A stretch of 50,874 nucleotides of DNA, taken from positions 1-50,874 of the IMG/VR virus record IMGVR_UViG_3300036783_000164. One strand, given 5' to 3'. Origin of the DNA: a virus. The notes under the pieces are model-generated. The model was not told the origin of the DNA. It ran no database searches and was given only the letters and a program-made list of their open reading frames with translations. A program made the position numbers and the translations under genes. Below are positions 43,827-50,874 of the stretch, in pieces (the stretch's first letter is position 1; every line of letters starts with the position of its first letter).

Positions 43827-45154
43827 TGTTCAAACCTTCTTTCCAAGTTAACGAACTTCCCGTATTCCTTAATGAATGCCAATTCTACTGATCCAACTGG
43901 GCCATTCCTTTGCTTTCCTATGATGATTTCAATTGTGTTTTTGTTCTCTGTTTCTCGGTCGTAATAATCTTCCCGATATAGGAACGCTATGACGTCCGCA
44001 TCCTGCTCTATTTGCCCGCTCTCACGTAAATCGGACATCATAGGTCTTTTGTCTTGGCGTTGTTCTACACCACGACTCAGCTGAGATAGAGCAATCACAC
44101 ATATATCCAATTGACGGGCCATTGTTTTTAGTGTCCGGCTTATTTCTCCTATTTCTTGCGTTCGATTTCCCTTATGTACCGGATTCCCTGTTATGAGCTG
44201 TAAGTAGTCGATAATCACCATGATTCTTCTCCCTGGGAACTCATCACATAGTTTTTTAACTTTTGACCAGATAAAGTTCGTTGTAATTCCTGCGTCATCA
44301 AAAATTCGAATATTTTTATTGTTCAAAACTCCCATGGCTTGTGTTAATTTCGTCCAATCATCTGGGTTTAGTTCGCCTGTTTTCATGCGATTCCCATCAA
44401 TATTGCCGTTAATGCTAACCATTCTTTTTAGTAGTTCTTTCTTGCCCATTTCTAACGAGAATATAGCGACTACATCACCTTCACCATGCTCACCTGCTGC
44501 ATTGCTTCCTACGTTTAGACAGAATGCTGTTTTACCTACTGATGGGCGTGCTGCTACAATTATTAGCTCCTGCGGTTTGAATCCCGCCGTCATGCGGTTT
44601 AATTCCGTGAATCCCGTATCCATTCCAGCCAATCCGCGAACTGGATTTTCTAACTCCCCGTAAACCTCTATAAGTCCGTCCTTGATTCGCCCATCGCTGT
44701 TCTTGTCTTCCCTGCTTAAATTCAGTAGCGCTGCCATTTGCGTTTGAATAGCAAGTTCAGTGTCATTCCCGCTATGAACCGCCTGTTTTAGCGCTTCTGT
44801 ATTCCTTACAACCTCTCGATCTCGCCATTTACTCCACACGATTTTTTCATAGTATTTAATATTAGAAGTGCTTGGCGTTGTTTCTGATAATTGAGCAAGA
44901 TAACCAATTCCACCTACATCTTCTATAAGCCCTTTCTCAGCCAATCTAGCGGTCATTGTTACAAAGTCTACTGGTTCGTTTCCGTTATCAATTTCTAGCA
45001 TTGTACGGAAGATATGGACGTGCTGAGGACGATACATCTGCTCAGGTTGTAAATTGATATCTTTTATCTTGTCAGGATCTAAAATTAGTCCCCCTAGAAG
45101 ACCTTGCTCCGCTTGAATGCTATATAACCCCTCGTAATCTAAAGTGTGATTCAC
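43823..45154 (-). CDS. dnaB: Replicative DNA helicase DnaB
   Basis: Walker A ARPSVGKTAF, plus the IIDYLQL and SQLSRGVEQRQDKRPMMSDLRESG motifs. Confidence 0.92.
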   Translation of the reverse strand: MNHTLDYEGLYSIQAEQGLLGGLILDPDKIKDINLQPEQMYRPQHVHIFRTMLEIDNGNEPVDFVTMTARLAEKGLIEDVGGIGYLAQLSETTPSTSNIKYYEKIVWSKWRDREVVRNTEALKQAVHSGNDTELAIQTQMAALLNLSREDKNSDGRIKDGLIEVYGELENPVRGLAGMDTGFTELNRMTAGFKPQELIIVAARPSVGKTAFCLNVGSNAAGEHGEGDVVAIFSLEMGKKELLKRMVSINGNIDGNRMKTGELNPDDWTKLTQAMGVLNNKNIRIFDDAGITTNFIWSKVKKLCDEFPGRRIMVIIDYLQLITGNPVHKGNRTQEIGEISRTLKTMARQLDICVIALSQLSRGVEQRQDKRPMMSDLRESGQIEQDADVIAFLYREDYYDRETENKNTIEIIIGKQRNGPVGSVELAFIKEYGKFVNLERRFEQ

Positions 45155-45513
45155 TGTCTTCCCCTCCGTTTAATCCCCAATATCTTCGCTATTTCTTTCA
45201 AATGCTTTTCCCGTTCCTCCGGCGGCGCCACGTCTTTGCTATTTTCATCCCATTGATTGAACATGGATTTTGTCTCCGAAACAGTTGGCCCCATATATTT
45301 CACTTCATGATCTTCTTTTAATAAGTCAGCTGGTTTAGGAGGAAATTGATTGTATTTCGCGTAGTTAGAAAGGTTCTTTAGCATTTCCTCATATTCTTGT
45401 TCCGATAGAATAGTAGTCCATAAATCAATTTTCATTTGTGTAACTTCAAATATCGGATATAGCGAACCAATTGCCTTTAATAATTCAAACGTTTCTTTCT
45501 TAATCAAGGTCAA
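45151..45513 (-). CDS. Helicase loader/inhibitor (SPP1 G39P-like)
   Basis: 120 aa immediately upstream of dnaB. The patterns KAIGSLYP and IDLWTTILSEQEYEEM resemble the G39P family (from memory). Confidence 0.55.
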   Translation of the reverse strand: MTLIKKETFELLKAIGSLYPIFEVTQMKIDLWTTILSEQEYEEMLKNLSNYAKYNQFPPKPADLLKEDHEVKYMGPTVSETKSMFNQWDENSKDVAPPEEREKHLKEIAKILGIKRRGRQ

Positions 45514-46291
45514 AATCCTCCTCTCTAACTTCCTTCTTACTTTTAATCGTTTTAGATTGACCCTTGCCCTTTTCTTTCTTAATCTTCACTACCAATGCAT
45601 CAAACTGTTTTCTTAACTTAGCCGGAGAAAGAATGTTAGTACTCCAGAAGTCATCCTTTTGTGTCCAGTTAATAAGGTATTTGATTTGTTCATCCGTTCT
45701 ATTGTCTTTTTCCCTCATTAAACGGAAGTCATTTGCCCACTTTTCTAAGTTAGGTTCTTTTGCTGATGGATTGTTTAGTAACATTAATTCGAATAACAAT
45801 TTCGCGTTCTCCAGGTCGGAAGTTGAAAACTTTTGACAAGAAGTCTTTTTCTTTGTTGTATTCTCTGTAGTATTCTCTGTTAAAGATTCCGACATTTTGT
45901 CAGGTTCCATTCCGACAATGTGTAAGTTTCCATTCTGACAATTTGTAAGAATCGAATCTACCAATTTGTTATAATCCAATTTGTAGTGAACGGTTGGAGC
46001 TCCGTTCGCTTTTTTTAATGACGTTTCTACATATCCGGAAGCAACAAGCTTTTTCGTTGAATACCTAACTTGTCTTTCCGTTAAACATATTTCTTCTTCC
46101 CATTCCTTATAGGTTTTGTAAAAGAATCCATCCTTTCTTTTTGATTTATCACTGTAAAATACGATTTGATTAAGAAGTATAGCCGTTGTGAGATCGCCTG
46201 TTAACTTAACAAACAACTTAGGTACAACAACTATGTTTTCTTGTCCGCTCATTTGAGAAATAATAGTACGTATCGTGTTGTAATTACTCAC
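45500..46291 (-). CDS. Replication initiation/organizer protein with DnaD-like C-terminal domain
   Basis: N-terminal wHTH. The C-terminal WANDFRLMREKDNRTDEQIKYLINWTQKDDFWSTNILSPAKLRKQFD is a DnaD-domain signature. Confidence 0.75.
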   Translation of the reverse strand: MSNYNTIRTIISQMSGQENIVVVPKLFVKLTGDLTTAILLNQIVFYSDKSKRKDGFFYKTYKEWEEEICLTERQVRYSTKKLVASGYVETSLKKANGAPTVHYKLDYNKLVDSILTNCQNGNLHIVGMEPDKMSESLTENTTENTTKKKTSCQKFSTSDLENAKLLFELMLLNNPSAKEPNLEKWANDFRLMREKDNRTDEQIKYLINWTQKDDFWSTNILSPAKLRKQFDALVVKIKKEKGKGQSKTIKSKKEVREEDFDLD

Positions 46292-46513
46292 TTAGTTCAC
46301 CTTCTTCATCCAACATTCGTAACTCGCACGATCTTCCATGCCTGTGAATCGAATTTTGTCCTTTCCTTTGAACTTTCCATCGTTATAAAACGTTTTTTCT
46401 GCTCTATAAACCTTCTTGATTGGCGTTACGTAGTCATAACCTCGTTTCTCCAAATCACGAACTGCTGTTAACATTTCTTTCATTGATCCGCGTCTTACTG
46501 GCACTTGGAACAT
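46292..46513 (-). CDS. Hypothetical protein
   Basis: Start moved to MFQVPV (46513), after GGGAGG. Confidence 0.55.
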   Translation of the reverse strand: MFQVPVRRGSMKEMLTAVRDLEKRGYDYVTPIKKVYRAEKTFYNDGKFKGKDKIRFTGMEDRASYECWMKKVN

Positions 46514-46683
46514 CACGTTTCCTCCCGTTCGCATATCGCAAATCCTTTCGATACTTTCAGGACCCTATAACCTGGGTAGCGTTTCGGATTTATATATTTC
46601 AGTACGTTTTGTTTTACTTCTTCCTGGTCAGTGCCTTTTAAGCACCAACCTGGAAGGAGTACCTTACTTTGTGTGTTGATCAT
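46513..46683 (-). CDS. 56-aa ORF translationally coupled at both ends
   Basis: Its ATG overlaps the recT TGA (ATGA) and its TGA overlaps the next ATG. Sequence MINTQSKVLLPGWCLKGTDQEEVKQNVLKYINPKRYPGYRVLKVSKGFAICEREET. Confidence 0.5.
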   Translation of the reverse strand: MINTQSKVLLPGWCLKGTDQEEVKQNVLKYINPKRYPGYRVLKVSKGFAICEREET

Positions 46684-47507
46684 TGTTCAAACACGATTTC
46701 TGATTGCCCGTTATTCGTTGAATCTTCACTAGTTTCTTCCGCTTCAATAAATTCTGGCTCTGCTGTAATATCTTTTCGAACTACTTCGTCATGTTGTGCC
46801 TGTGTTTGAACCTCAATGCTGATTGGTAAGTATTTGAACATTGCTCTTACAACTGTTTTCTTAGCCATTTCTTCATAATCGCTATCCCAAGGGCTATAGC
46901 TCTTTGACTTAGAACGGTTTCGTCGTTTCTCGATCTCGCTTTTTGGCATGAATTCCATCTGATACCCACCATCTTTGAAGTGAGCAACTGCATAAGCTCC
47001 AATAAATTGACCACGATCACCGAATGAAGGTTTATGTTTTAAAGTAGGATGTAATCCTAATTCGTACTCGAATTCATCATGTTCAAATACTGCGTGAGCA
47101 TAAATGCTTTGGATATGTCCAGAACGTCTTGCTAAATCAATCATCCCTTTGTATCCGATGATGAATTGAACTTCCTTAACCCATTGAGGATTCTGTTTTG
47201 TGCCTGCATTCTTATTGAAAGGAAGCAAGTAACAATGCCCTAGTAATCCTGGTTCTAATCCGAGTTGCACCGCTTGCATCACAGCCCCCATTAGAGAAGG
47301 AACAGTGCATTCTAATAACGTTGGGTTAGTGCGAATCGTAGTAAGCGCTATGCGACTCATACGGTCCATATCCATGTGCTTTGGTAATACCTCTGCCATT
47401 CTCGGACCCATTTTCTTCATATAAGCTTCAACTGTTTGTTCTGGGCTAACTGGTTTATTTTCAGTACGGTTTGCTAATTGATTTTTAATAGATTCATTGT
47501 TTGCCAT
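46680..47507 (-). CDS. recT: RecT single-strand annealing recombinase
   Basis: LMGAVMQAVQLGLEPG...CYLLPF...IIGYKGMIDLARRSG is the RecT family core. Confidence 0.9.
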   Translation of the reverse strand: MANNESIKNQLANRTENKPVSPEQTVEAYMKKMGPRMAEVLPKHMDMDRMSRIALTTIRTNPTLLECTVPSLMGAVMQAVQLGLEPGLLGHCYLLPFNKNAGTKQNPQWVKEVQFIIGYKGMIDLARRSGHIQSIYAHAVFEHDEFEYELGLHPTLKHKPSFGDRGQFIGAYAVAHFKDGGYQMEFMPKSEIEKRRNRSKSKSYSPWDSDYEEMAKKTVVRAMFKYLPISIEVQTQAQHDEVVRKDITAEPEFIEAEETSEDSTNNGQSEIVFEQ

Positions 47508-47521
47508 TGTTCATTTCCTCC

Positions 47522-48466
47522 CTATTTAACTGTGAATTTTCTACTCTTAGATTCTTTCGTATACTGTTTGTACAATTCTGGTTGTTCTTCTCTTAAACGC
47601 TTGCTATCAATCCGATTAGAAACCTGCGTTTTCCAAGAAACCTTATAATTCTCTGTTTTTCCAATCTCATTTGAACCAAGTTTTGCTTTAATTTTGTTTT
47701 CATACTCTGCTTTTTGTTCCTCTAATGCTTTGATCTCTTTATCTACCTGATCACGAGCTTCTATTAATAACTCAACTTCGTTTCCTAACTCGACTTCGCT
47801 ATCCTCAACCGAATCCGGATACATTTCTTTGAGTAATGTAGATGATGCTTCCGAACCATCAAACATTGGAGGGATACCCTTCTCAACGTGGTTTAACCAG
47901 AAGTCTTTTTCAATATCGATTAGGTACTGGATGATTTCTTCATCACGTTCAATCTTTTTATAGATGAATTTGTTGCCACCGATTAATACCGCAATCCACC
48001 ATACTTTATAACCTGTAACTGCCATATAGTGTTGGCATTGTAGAAGGTAAGAAGTTGGAATTTCTTCACCTTCCCACTCTTTCTTTAGGTACTCAGAAGC
48101 TGTTTTACACTCAAGTCCTATTTTTTCACCAACAACCAGCCTGTCCACATTTGCTAGCATCCAAGGGTAATCAGGATGTTGTAAGATTGCGTTGCATGTT
48201 CTAACCTTCAAATTAGTACGTTTGCTGAATTCCTCTGCTACAATTTCCTCTAGCACATTACCAAAGTAAGCTGTTTCACTTGGTAATTGATCTTTAACCG
48301 TTTCACTTGTTTTGTCGTAGTAAACTCCAATTGGAGAACTCCATTTATTTAACCCTGCAATAGCTGCTGCATCAGAACCACCAATGCCGGCTTTTCGAGC
48401 TTCTAACCATTGTTCATGGGCCATATCTTCAGTTGTTATAAGTACATTTGCTTCCATCTTATTCAC
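47522..48466 (-). CDS. YqaJ-type viral recombinase exonuclease
   Basis: W...RKAGIGGSDAAAIAGLNKWSSPIGVY, followed by PD-(D/E)xK motifs (NVDRLV, LECKT). Confidence 0.9.
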   Translation of the reverse strand: MNKMEANVLITTEDMAHEQWLEARKAGIGGSDAAAIAGLNKWSSPIGVYYDKTSETVKDQLPSETAYFGNVLEEIVAEEFSKRTNLKVRTCNAILQHPDYPWMLANVDRLVVGEKIGLECKTASEYLKKEWEGEEIPTSYLLQCQHYMAVTGYKVWWIAVLIGGNKFIYKKIERDEEIIQYLIDIEKDFWLNHVEKGIPPMFDGSEASSTLLKEMYPDSVEDSEVELGNEVELLIEARDQVDKEIKALEEQKAEYENKIKAKLGSNEIGKTENYKVSWKTQVSNRIDSKRLREEQPELYKQYTKESKSRKFTVK

Positions 48467-48665
48467 CTGCCACTTTCTCTGTAGAATGAGACTTTACATA
48501 TTGAGTAATGCATTCTGTATCTGCATGTAGGTAATCCCCACTGAAGTCTAGGCAACTTTCTCCGAAGTATATTTCTCCATTGCAACCCGCACATTCTTCG
48601 ATGAAGTCTCTTGTTGATGAATCATGATGATTGCCGTAAGTAATCGGATTTTCAATCATTCCCAC
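48459..48665 (-). CDS. Small Cys-containing protein
   Basis: 68-aa ORF with SD AAGGAGGAATG upstream. Confidence 0.55.
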   Translation of the reverse strand: MGMIENPITYGNHHDSSTRDFIEECAGCNGEIYFGESCLDFSGDYLHADTECITQYVKSHSTEKVAGE

Positions 48666-48710
48666 ATTCCTCCTTATTTACTTGGAAGAAACGACGTTGT
48701 ATAATAGAGA

Positions 48711-48776
48711 CATATGATATTGAGTCGTTTCATGAACCAGTCGATTAGGGGTAATCGGCTGGTTTTATTTTGTTTT
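48711..48776 (+). ncRNA. Candidate ~65-nt small RNA antisense to the leader of the recombination operon
   Basis: TATAAT at 48700-48705 (+). Terminator CCAGTCGATTA-gggg-TAATCGGCTGG (48737-48762) followed by TTTTATTTTGTTTT. There is no plus-strand gene for it to terminate. Confidence 0.35.
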
Positions 48777-48868
48777 GATGCTTTCGAGCATCGGAATATC
48801 CAGGAACCCATTTGCTAGGTGGGGGATACCATTAGATTCCTGAATATTCCGACAAGCGAAGGCTTGTC

Positions 48869-49000
48869 CTATTTAGCTAGAGTTATATAATGGTACTTCT
48901 CGATGACTTTCACACAGTTATGTAACTCTTTAGCTTTTAAATCACGCACCATTTTGATGATGTTTGCTTTCTCTTCCTTATCCTTCTGCTGTCTATCCAT
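48869..49000 (-). CDS. 43-aa ORF
   Basis: Sequence MDRQQKDKEEKANIIKMVRDLKAKELHNCVKVIEKYHYITLAK. Its start overlaps the upstream stop (TGATG). Confidence 0.4.
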   Translation of the reverse strand: MDRQQKDKEEKANIIKMVRDLKAKELHNCVKVIEKYHYITLAK

Positions 49001-49113
49001 CACTTTTCATCCTTCATAATCCGTTTGTCTATGCGTTCCATCAGATATCCCAATCCTACAAAAGCGATTAATGTAACTAGTACCATCAAATGTGAGAATG
49101 AGCTTTCTTCCAT
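49000..49113 (-). CDS. 37-aa single-TM peptide
   Basis: Sequence MEESSFSHLMVLVTLIAFVGLGYLMERIDKRIMKDEK. SD GAGGAGGAATG lies upstream. Confidence 0.45.
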   Translation of the reverse strand: MEESSFSHLMVLVTLIAFVGLGYLMERIDKRIMKDEK

Positions 49114-49116
49114 TGT

Positions 49117-49299
49117 TCATTCCTCCTCTTGTTCCCAAAGAATGTTTAAAGCATTTTCAATTAACCCTTCTAAGTACTCCGTTCTATTTATGATGCTAGG
49201 GAATGAGCCTTGTGAATTAGTTAGGGTTGCTGGGTAACGATCTCTAACATCTGTGAAAGCTGATTCTAAAATGTCGATTGCTTCTTTTAGTTGACTCAT
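49117..49299 (-). CDS. Hypothetical small protein
   Basis: 60 aa with an ATGA overlap with the antirepressor stop. Confidence 0.55.
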   Translation of the reverse strand: MSQLKEAIDILESAFTDVRDRYPATLTNSQGSFPSIINRTEYLEGLIENALNILWEQEEE

Positions 49300-50033
49300 G
49301 CTGTAGCACTTCCTTTATTAAGGAGCTTGTCAGCTACTCGAACCGCATCTTCTAGTTGATTTGTCATTGATAAGTACTGTGGTCTAGTTAAGTCCTTAAG
49401 ACCGTGCTTTTCTTTATATTTTGTAATGCGTAACTTCAAATTAGTCTTGTATGCAGTGTTGAATGCATCTGTGAAAGCTCTCCATGCATTCGGGATAGTC
49501 ATTTTTTCTTGTTGTGCATGTCGTCTAATCATTTTGTTTAAGCGTTGCTGCAAGTCACCAATTGTATCGATTCTGTCAATGTTATCTAATCGGTGATTCA
49601 CTGTTGTTACTTGTTGCTCTAGCTGAACCATTCGTCTTTCACTTTCCATATTTTGTTGAGCTAGCATGTAGATCAACTCAGCTGGTGACTTTGCTTGTTG
49701 TTGACGGAATCTCTTTTCTACTTCAATGAAGTATTTTCTGATTACTCGTCCAGCTTCGTTATTTTGTACCATCGCAAACTCTTTTCCGGTATCCAATGTC
49801 AGCCAATATTCATGTTTAGTAACATTTTGACGTTCCCCAATTTTGGTGAGCGTTAGATAGTAATCTTCATTCTCTGTGAATCCGTAATTTTTAACTCTCT
49901 CCTTAACCCATGTTGTAAAATCTTTCTTTACTAACATCTGTTCATGTAACTCACGAGCATTTACGAATTTTTCACCATTATCATTTTGATAAACTGGAAG
50001 CATTTCATTTGCGATTACTTTTAATTGATTCAT
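49296..50033 (-). CDS. Phage antirepressor (AntA/AntB N-terminal domain)
   Basis: VNARELHEQMLVKKDFTTWVKERVKNYGFTENEDY is an AntA-type signature. Start moved to MNQLKV (50033), after AAGGAGG. Confidence 0.75.
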   Translation of the reverse strand: MNQLKVIANEMLPVYQNDNGEKFVNARELHEQMLVKKDFTTWVKERVKNYGFTENEDYYLTLTKIGERQNVTKHEYWLTLDTGKEFAMVQNNEAGRVIRKYFIEVEKRFRQQQAKSPAELIYMLAQQNMESERRMVQLEQQVTTVNHRLDNIDRIDTIGDLQQRLNKMIRRHAQQEKMTIPNAWRAFTDAFNTAYKTNLKLRITKYKEKHGLKDLTRPQYLSMTNQLEDAVRVADKLLNKGSATA

Positions 50034-50048
50034 TTTCTTTCCTCCTTT

Positions 50049-50069
50049 ATGTTCACGTTTCGTGAACAT
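50049..50069. promoter_or_regulatory. Palindrome ATGTTCACG-ttt-CGTGAACAT (operator-like) between the cro-like and ant genes
   Basis: Read directly. It shares the GTTCAC/GTGAAC half-sites with 50344-50360. Confidence 0.45.
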
Positions 50070-50098
50070 TTAGTTAAAAAATAATAGTTAACTTTTCG

Positions 50099-50299
50099 TT
50101 AACCTTCTACTAATTCGTCAACTGTAACATCATACAATTTAGATAGTAAACCCAATCTGTATATACTCGGTTGCCTCTTGCCAGACTCAAGTTGTGAATA
50201 AGCAGATTTTGTTGAGTACCCAAGATAATCGCCCACATAAGCCTGACTATAACCACGATTCTTGCGTAACGCTTTGGCTTTTTCTATATTTAATTTCAT
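50099..50299 (-). CDS. Cro-like XRE HTH regulator, first gene of the leftward early operon
   Basis: LRKNRGYSQAYVGDYLGYSTKSAYSQLESGKRQPSIYRLGLLSKLYDVTVDELV. The ATG at 50299 follows AAAGGTG. Confidence 0.8.
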   Translation of the reverse strand: MKLNIEKAKALRKNRGYSQAYVGDYLGYSTKSAYSQLESGKRQPSIYRLGLLSKLYDVTVDELVEG

Positions 50300-50330
50300 G
50301 TTTATCACCTTTGTTCGTTTCGTTAATTTG

Positions 50331-50360
50331 ATAATAACACGACGTTCACTATTTGTGAAC
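50331..50360 (-). promoter_or_regulatory. Leftward early promoter with overlapping operator
   Basis: On the minus strand, TTCACA (-35), a 17-nt spacer, then TGtTATTAT (extended -10). The palindrome GTTCAC-aaata-GTGAAC covers the -35 and the spacer. Confidence 0.5.
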
Positions 50361-50508
50361 CCTTAAATTTAATTTTCTTTAAAAAACTTAAAAAGGTTGT
50401 CTTTGAGTGAACTTTTCTGTTACATTTTAAATATATATTAGGTATATATTTAATGTACAAACGCAAAAGATAATGGTATATGTGAACGTTATGAAGGGGA
50501 GAAAACAA

Positions 50509-50859
50509 ATGAATTACCAATTAATTAGCAAGAGGGTTAAAGAAATCAGGACTGAAATACTCAAAATGAGTCAATCTGAATTCATTAATGCACTTGGACT
50601 AAAAAGTAAATCAGCAGTTTCTATGTGGGAAAACGAAGAAATGGATAAATGCCCATCTAGAAAAACTTCTTTAGATATAGCAAAACTCGCAAATGTATCT
50701 GTAGCTTATGTATTAGGAGAATCTGATGAAAAGAATCCTATTACAAGTGCTCAAGATGAATTCGAAGAACTAATAACTCAATTTAGAGAAAAAGACCCAG
50801 AAAAACAAAAAGAGATTATGAAATTATTTAAAGACTTAATGAAAATAACAGGCGATTGA
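50509..50859 (+). CDS. CI-like XRE-family repressor (116 aa)
   Basis: IRTEILKMSQSEFINALGLKSKSAVSMWENEE. Divergent from the cro-like gene. Start moved to the ATG at 50509, after AAGGGGAG. Confidence 0.75.
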   Translation: MNYQLISKRVKEIRTEILKMSQSEFINALGLKSKSAVSMWENEEMDKCPSRKTSLDIAKLANVSVAYVLGESDEKNPITSAQDEFEELITQFREKDPEKQKEIMKLFKDLMKITGD

Positions 50860-50874
50860 TAGCTTTAGAAGCTA
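50748..50874. repeat. Terminal overlap identical to 1-127
   Basis: See the feature at 1-127. Confidence 0.9.

Noticed and set aside
44220-44663. 147-aa plus-strand ORF
   Set aside because: It is antisense to the strongly supported dnaB gene.

Overview
This window looks like a complete, circularly closed genome of about 50.7 kb from a temperate siphovirus of an AT-rich Firmicute. The gene content is typical of Bacillus cereus-group phages. Bases 1-127 repeat exactly at 50748-50874, so the unique length is 50,747 bp. Most genes lie on the minus strand in three modules. The first is a Cro-like/antirepressor switch followed by the early recombination and replication genes (YqaJ exonuclease, RecT, DnaD-like, G39P-like loader, DnaB, RusA, YopX x2, NrdH, dUTPase-like, ArpU). 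The second is an HNH/cos/terminase/portal/ClpP/HK97-capsid head module. The third is the tail module (chaperone with a -1 frameshift, 1664-aa tape measure, Dit, Tal, beta-helix fibre) followed by holin and amidase. I found no integrase. Instead there is a plasmid-type maintenance region: ParA plus a small partner flanked by AAGATACA repeat arrays, an FtsK-like ATPase, a replication-relaxation protein and a TTGATAGC array. This suggests a phage-plasmid lifestyle. Next to the immunity region sits an arbitrium-like aimR-aimP pair with a hand-found 49-codon propeptide ORF. The least explained parts are two ORF-free, visibly G+C-richer, hairpin-dense tracts (about 5.3-6.4 kb and 35.8-36.6 kb) that look like large structured RNAs. 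Others are a 131-nt tRNA-like element, two small promoter-to-terminator RNA candidates, an FN3 ORF positioned for a +1 frameshift off the capsid gene, and a HEPN-motif moron. All calls come from reading the sequence and recalling protein families. No searches were run.
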